A stretch of 64,000 nt of DNA from Dimorphilus gyrociliatus (lineage: Eukaryota > Animalia > Annelida): the NCBI GenBank assembly GCA_904063045.1, contig CAJFCJ010000037.1, positions 1-64,000 on the forward strand. Direction: 5' to 3'. The notes below the pieces were generated by a model, which worked only from the letters and a program-made list of their open reading frames with translations, had not been told where the DNA came from and ran no database searches. Below, in pieces: positions 63,481 through 64,000 of this stretch; positions within the stretch are counted from its first letter, which is position 1; each line of letters opens with the position of its first letter. The translations under genes were made by a program, and so were the position numbers.

Positions 63481-64000
63481 AAATATCAATATGTCGCCAT
63501 TTGTATTTGACTCTTAACAACTTTAGAACAGTCCTATATATCACTTTTAGTATATGTTTTTTCAGCCTTTTTTCTTAGAAATTTCTGAAATCTTCCTACT
63601 CTGAGTAAGCCTTTGACAAAGGTGAACCTAAGCTTTGATATAAAACGAGATCCATGCAAAATTTTTATGTCTTTAATCTCTGGTTATATTTTTTTGAAAG
63701 TTTGATTCAATCACTTCCACTTTTCAAAATGGCTGCCATTTCACTTTGCAACAATATTTTATTTTTTGAATGTGTAATTAATTATGACGAATTATTAATA
63801 ATTTTTAAAATCTGTGTATGTATTCAATATCAGTTGTAAATTGAAGATAAACTCACACTCAACTAACTGTCTAAAAGATTATTGATCAAATTTGACTGAA
63901 AGTTATCATGCTCATAATATATAGTTTAATAGCAACTATTTTAAAATACTTTTCAGTTACCTTCAACTGTTTCATTGGCTGAAAAGTAAATAAAAAATTT

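Overview
Very AT-rich eukaryotic (animal) DNA with ~60-75 bp GT-AG introns; the gene families (LDLa-LRR GPCRs, C1q, PAN, MAM) fit a compact invertebrate genome, probably lophotrochozoan, but the species cannot be told from sequence alone. (1) Bases 1-10647 are one ~5.3 kb-arm inverted duplication folded at ~5296, at the 5' edge of a Gypsy LTR. The left arm is ~57 nt shorter, mostly through single-base deletions, so it may be an assembly/amplification fold-back. (2) 1-42 kb is a nested transposon field: truncated Gypsy gag-pro, a solo LTR with a 4-bp TSD, decayed Tc1, Tc3-like and mariner transposases, a 3.2 kb Mutator (MULE/Phantom-like) element plus fragments, ~205 bp Mutator MITEs sharing a TTAGGG-containing core but with different TIRs, and an unclassified TATA/Inr-bearing repeat ('family R') in about 10 copies. 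A complete minimal type I hammerhead ribozyme at 22685-22729 suggests a Penelope-like pseudo-LTR. (3) Host genes: Calx-beta + ITI-HC-C protein, three PAN/apple proteins, a Cys-rich GPI-type protein, a multi-MAM protein, a CBM14x2-TSP1-gC1qx3 secreted protein with an in-frame TGA, and three GRL101-like LDLa-LRR GPCRs. All calls were made by eye without database searches; multi-exon boundaries are approximate. I found no clearly new biological system; the best leads are the ribozyme, the palindrome apex, the modular MITEs and family R.
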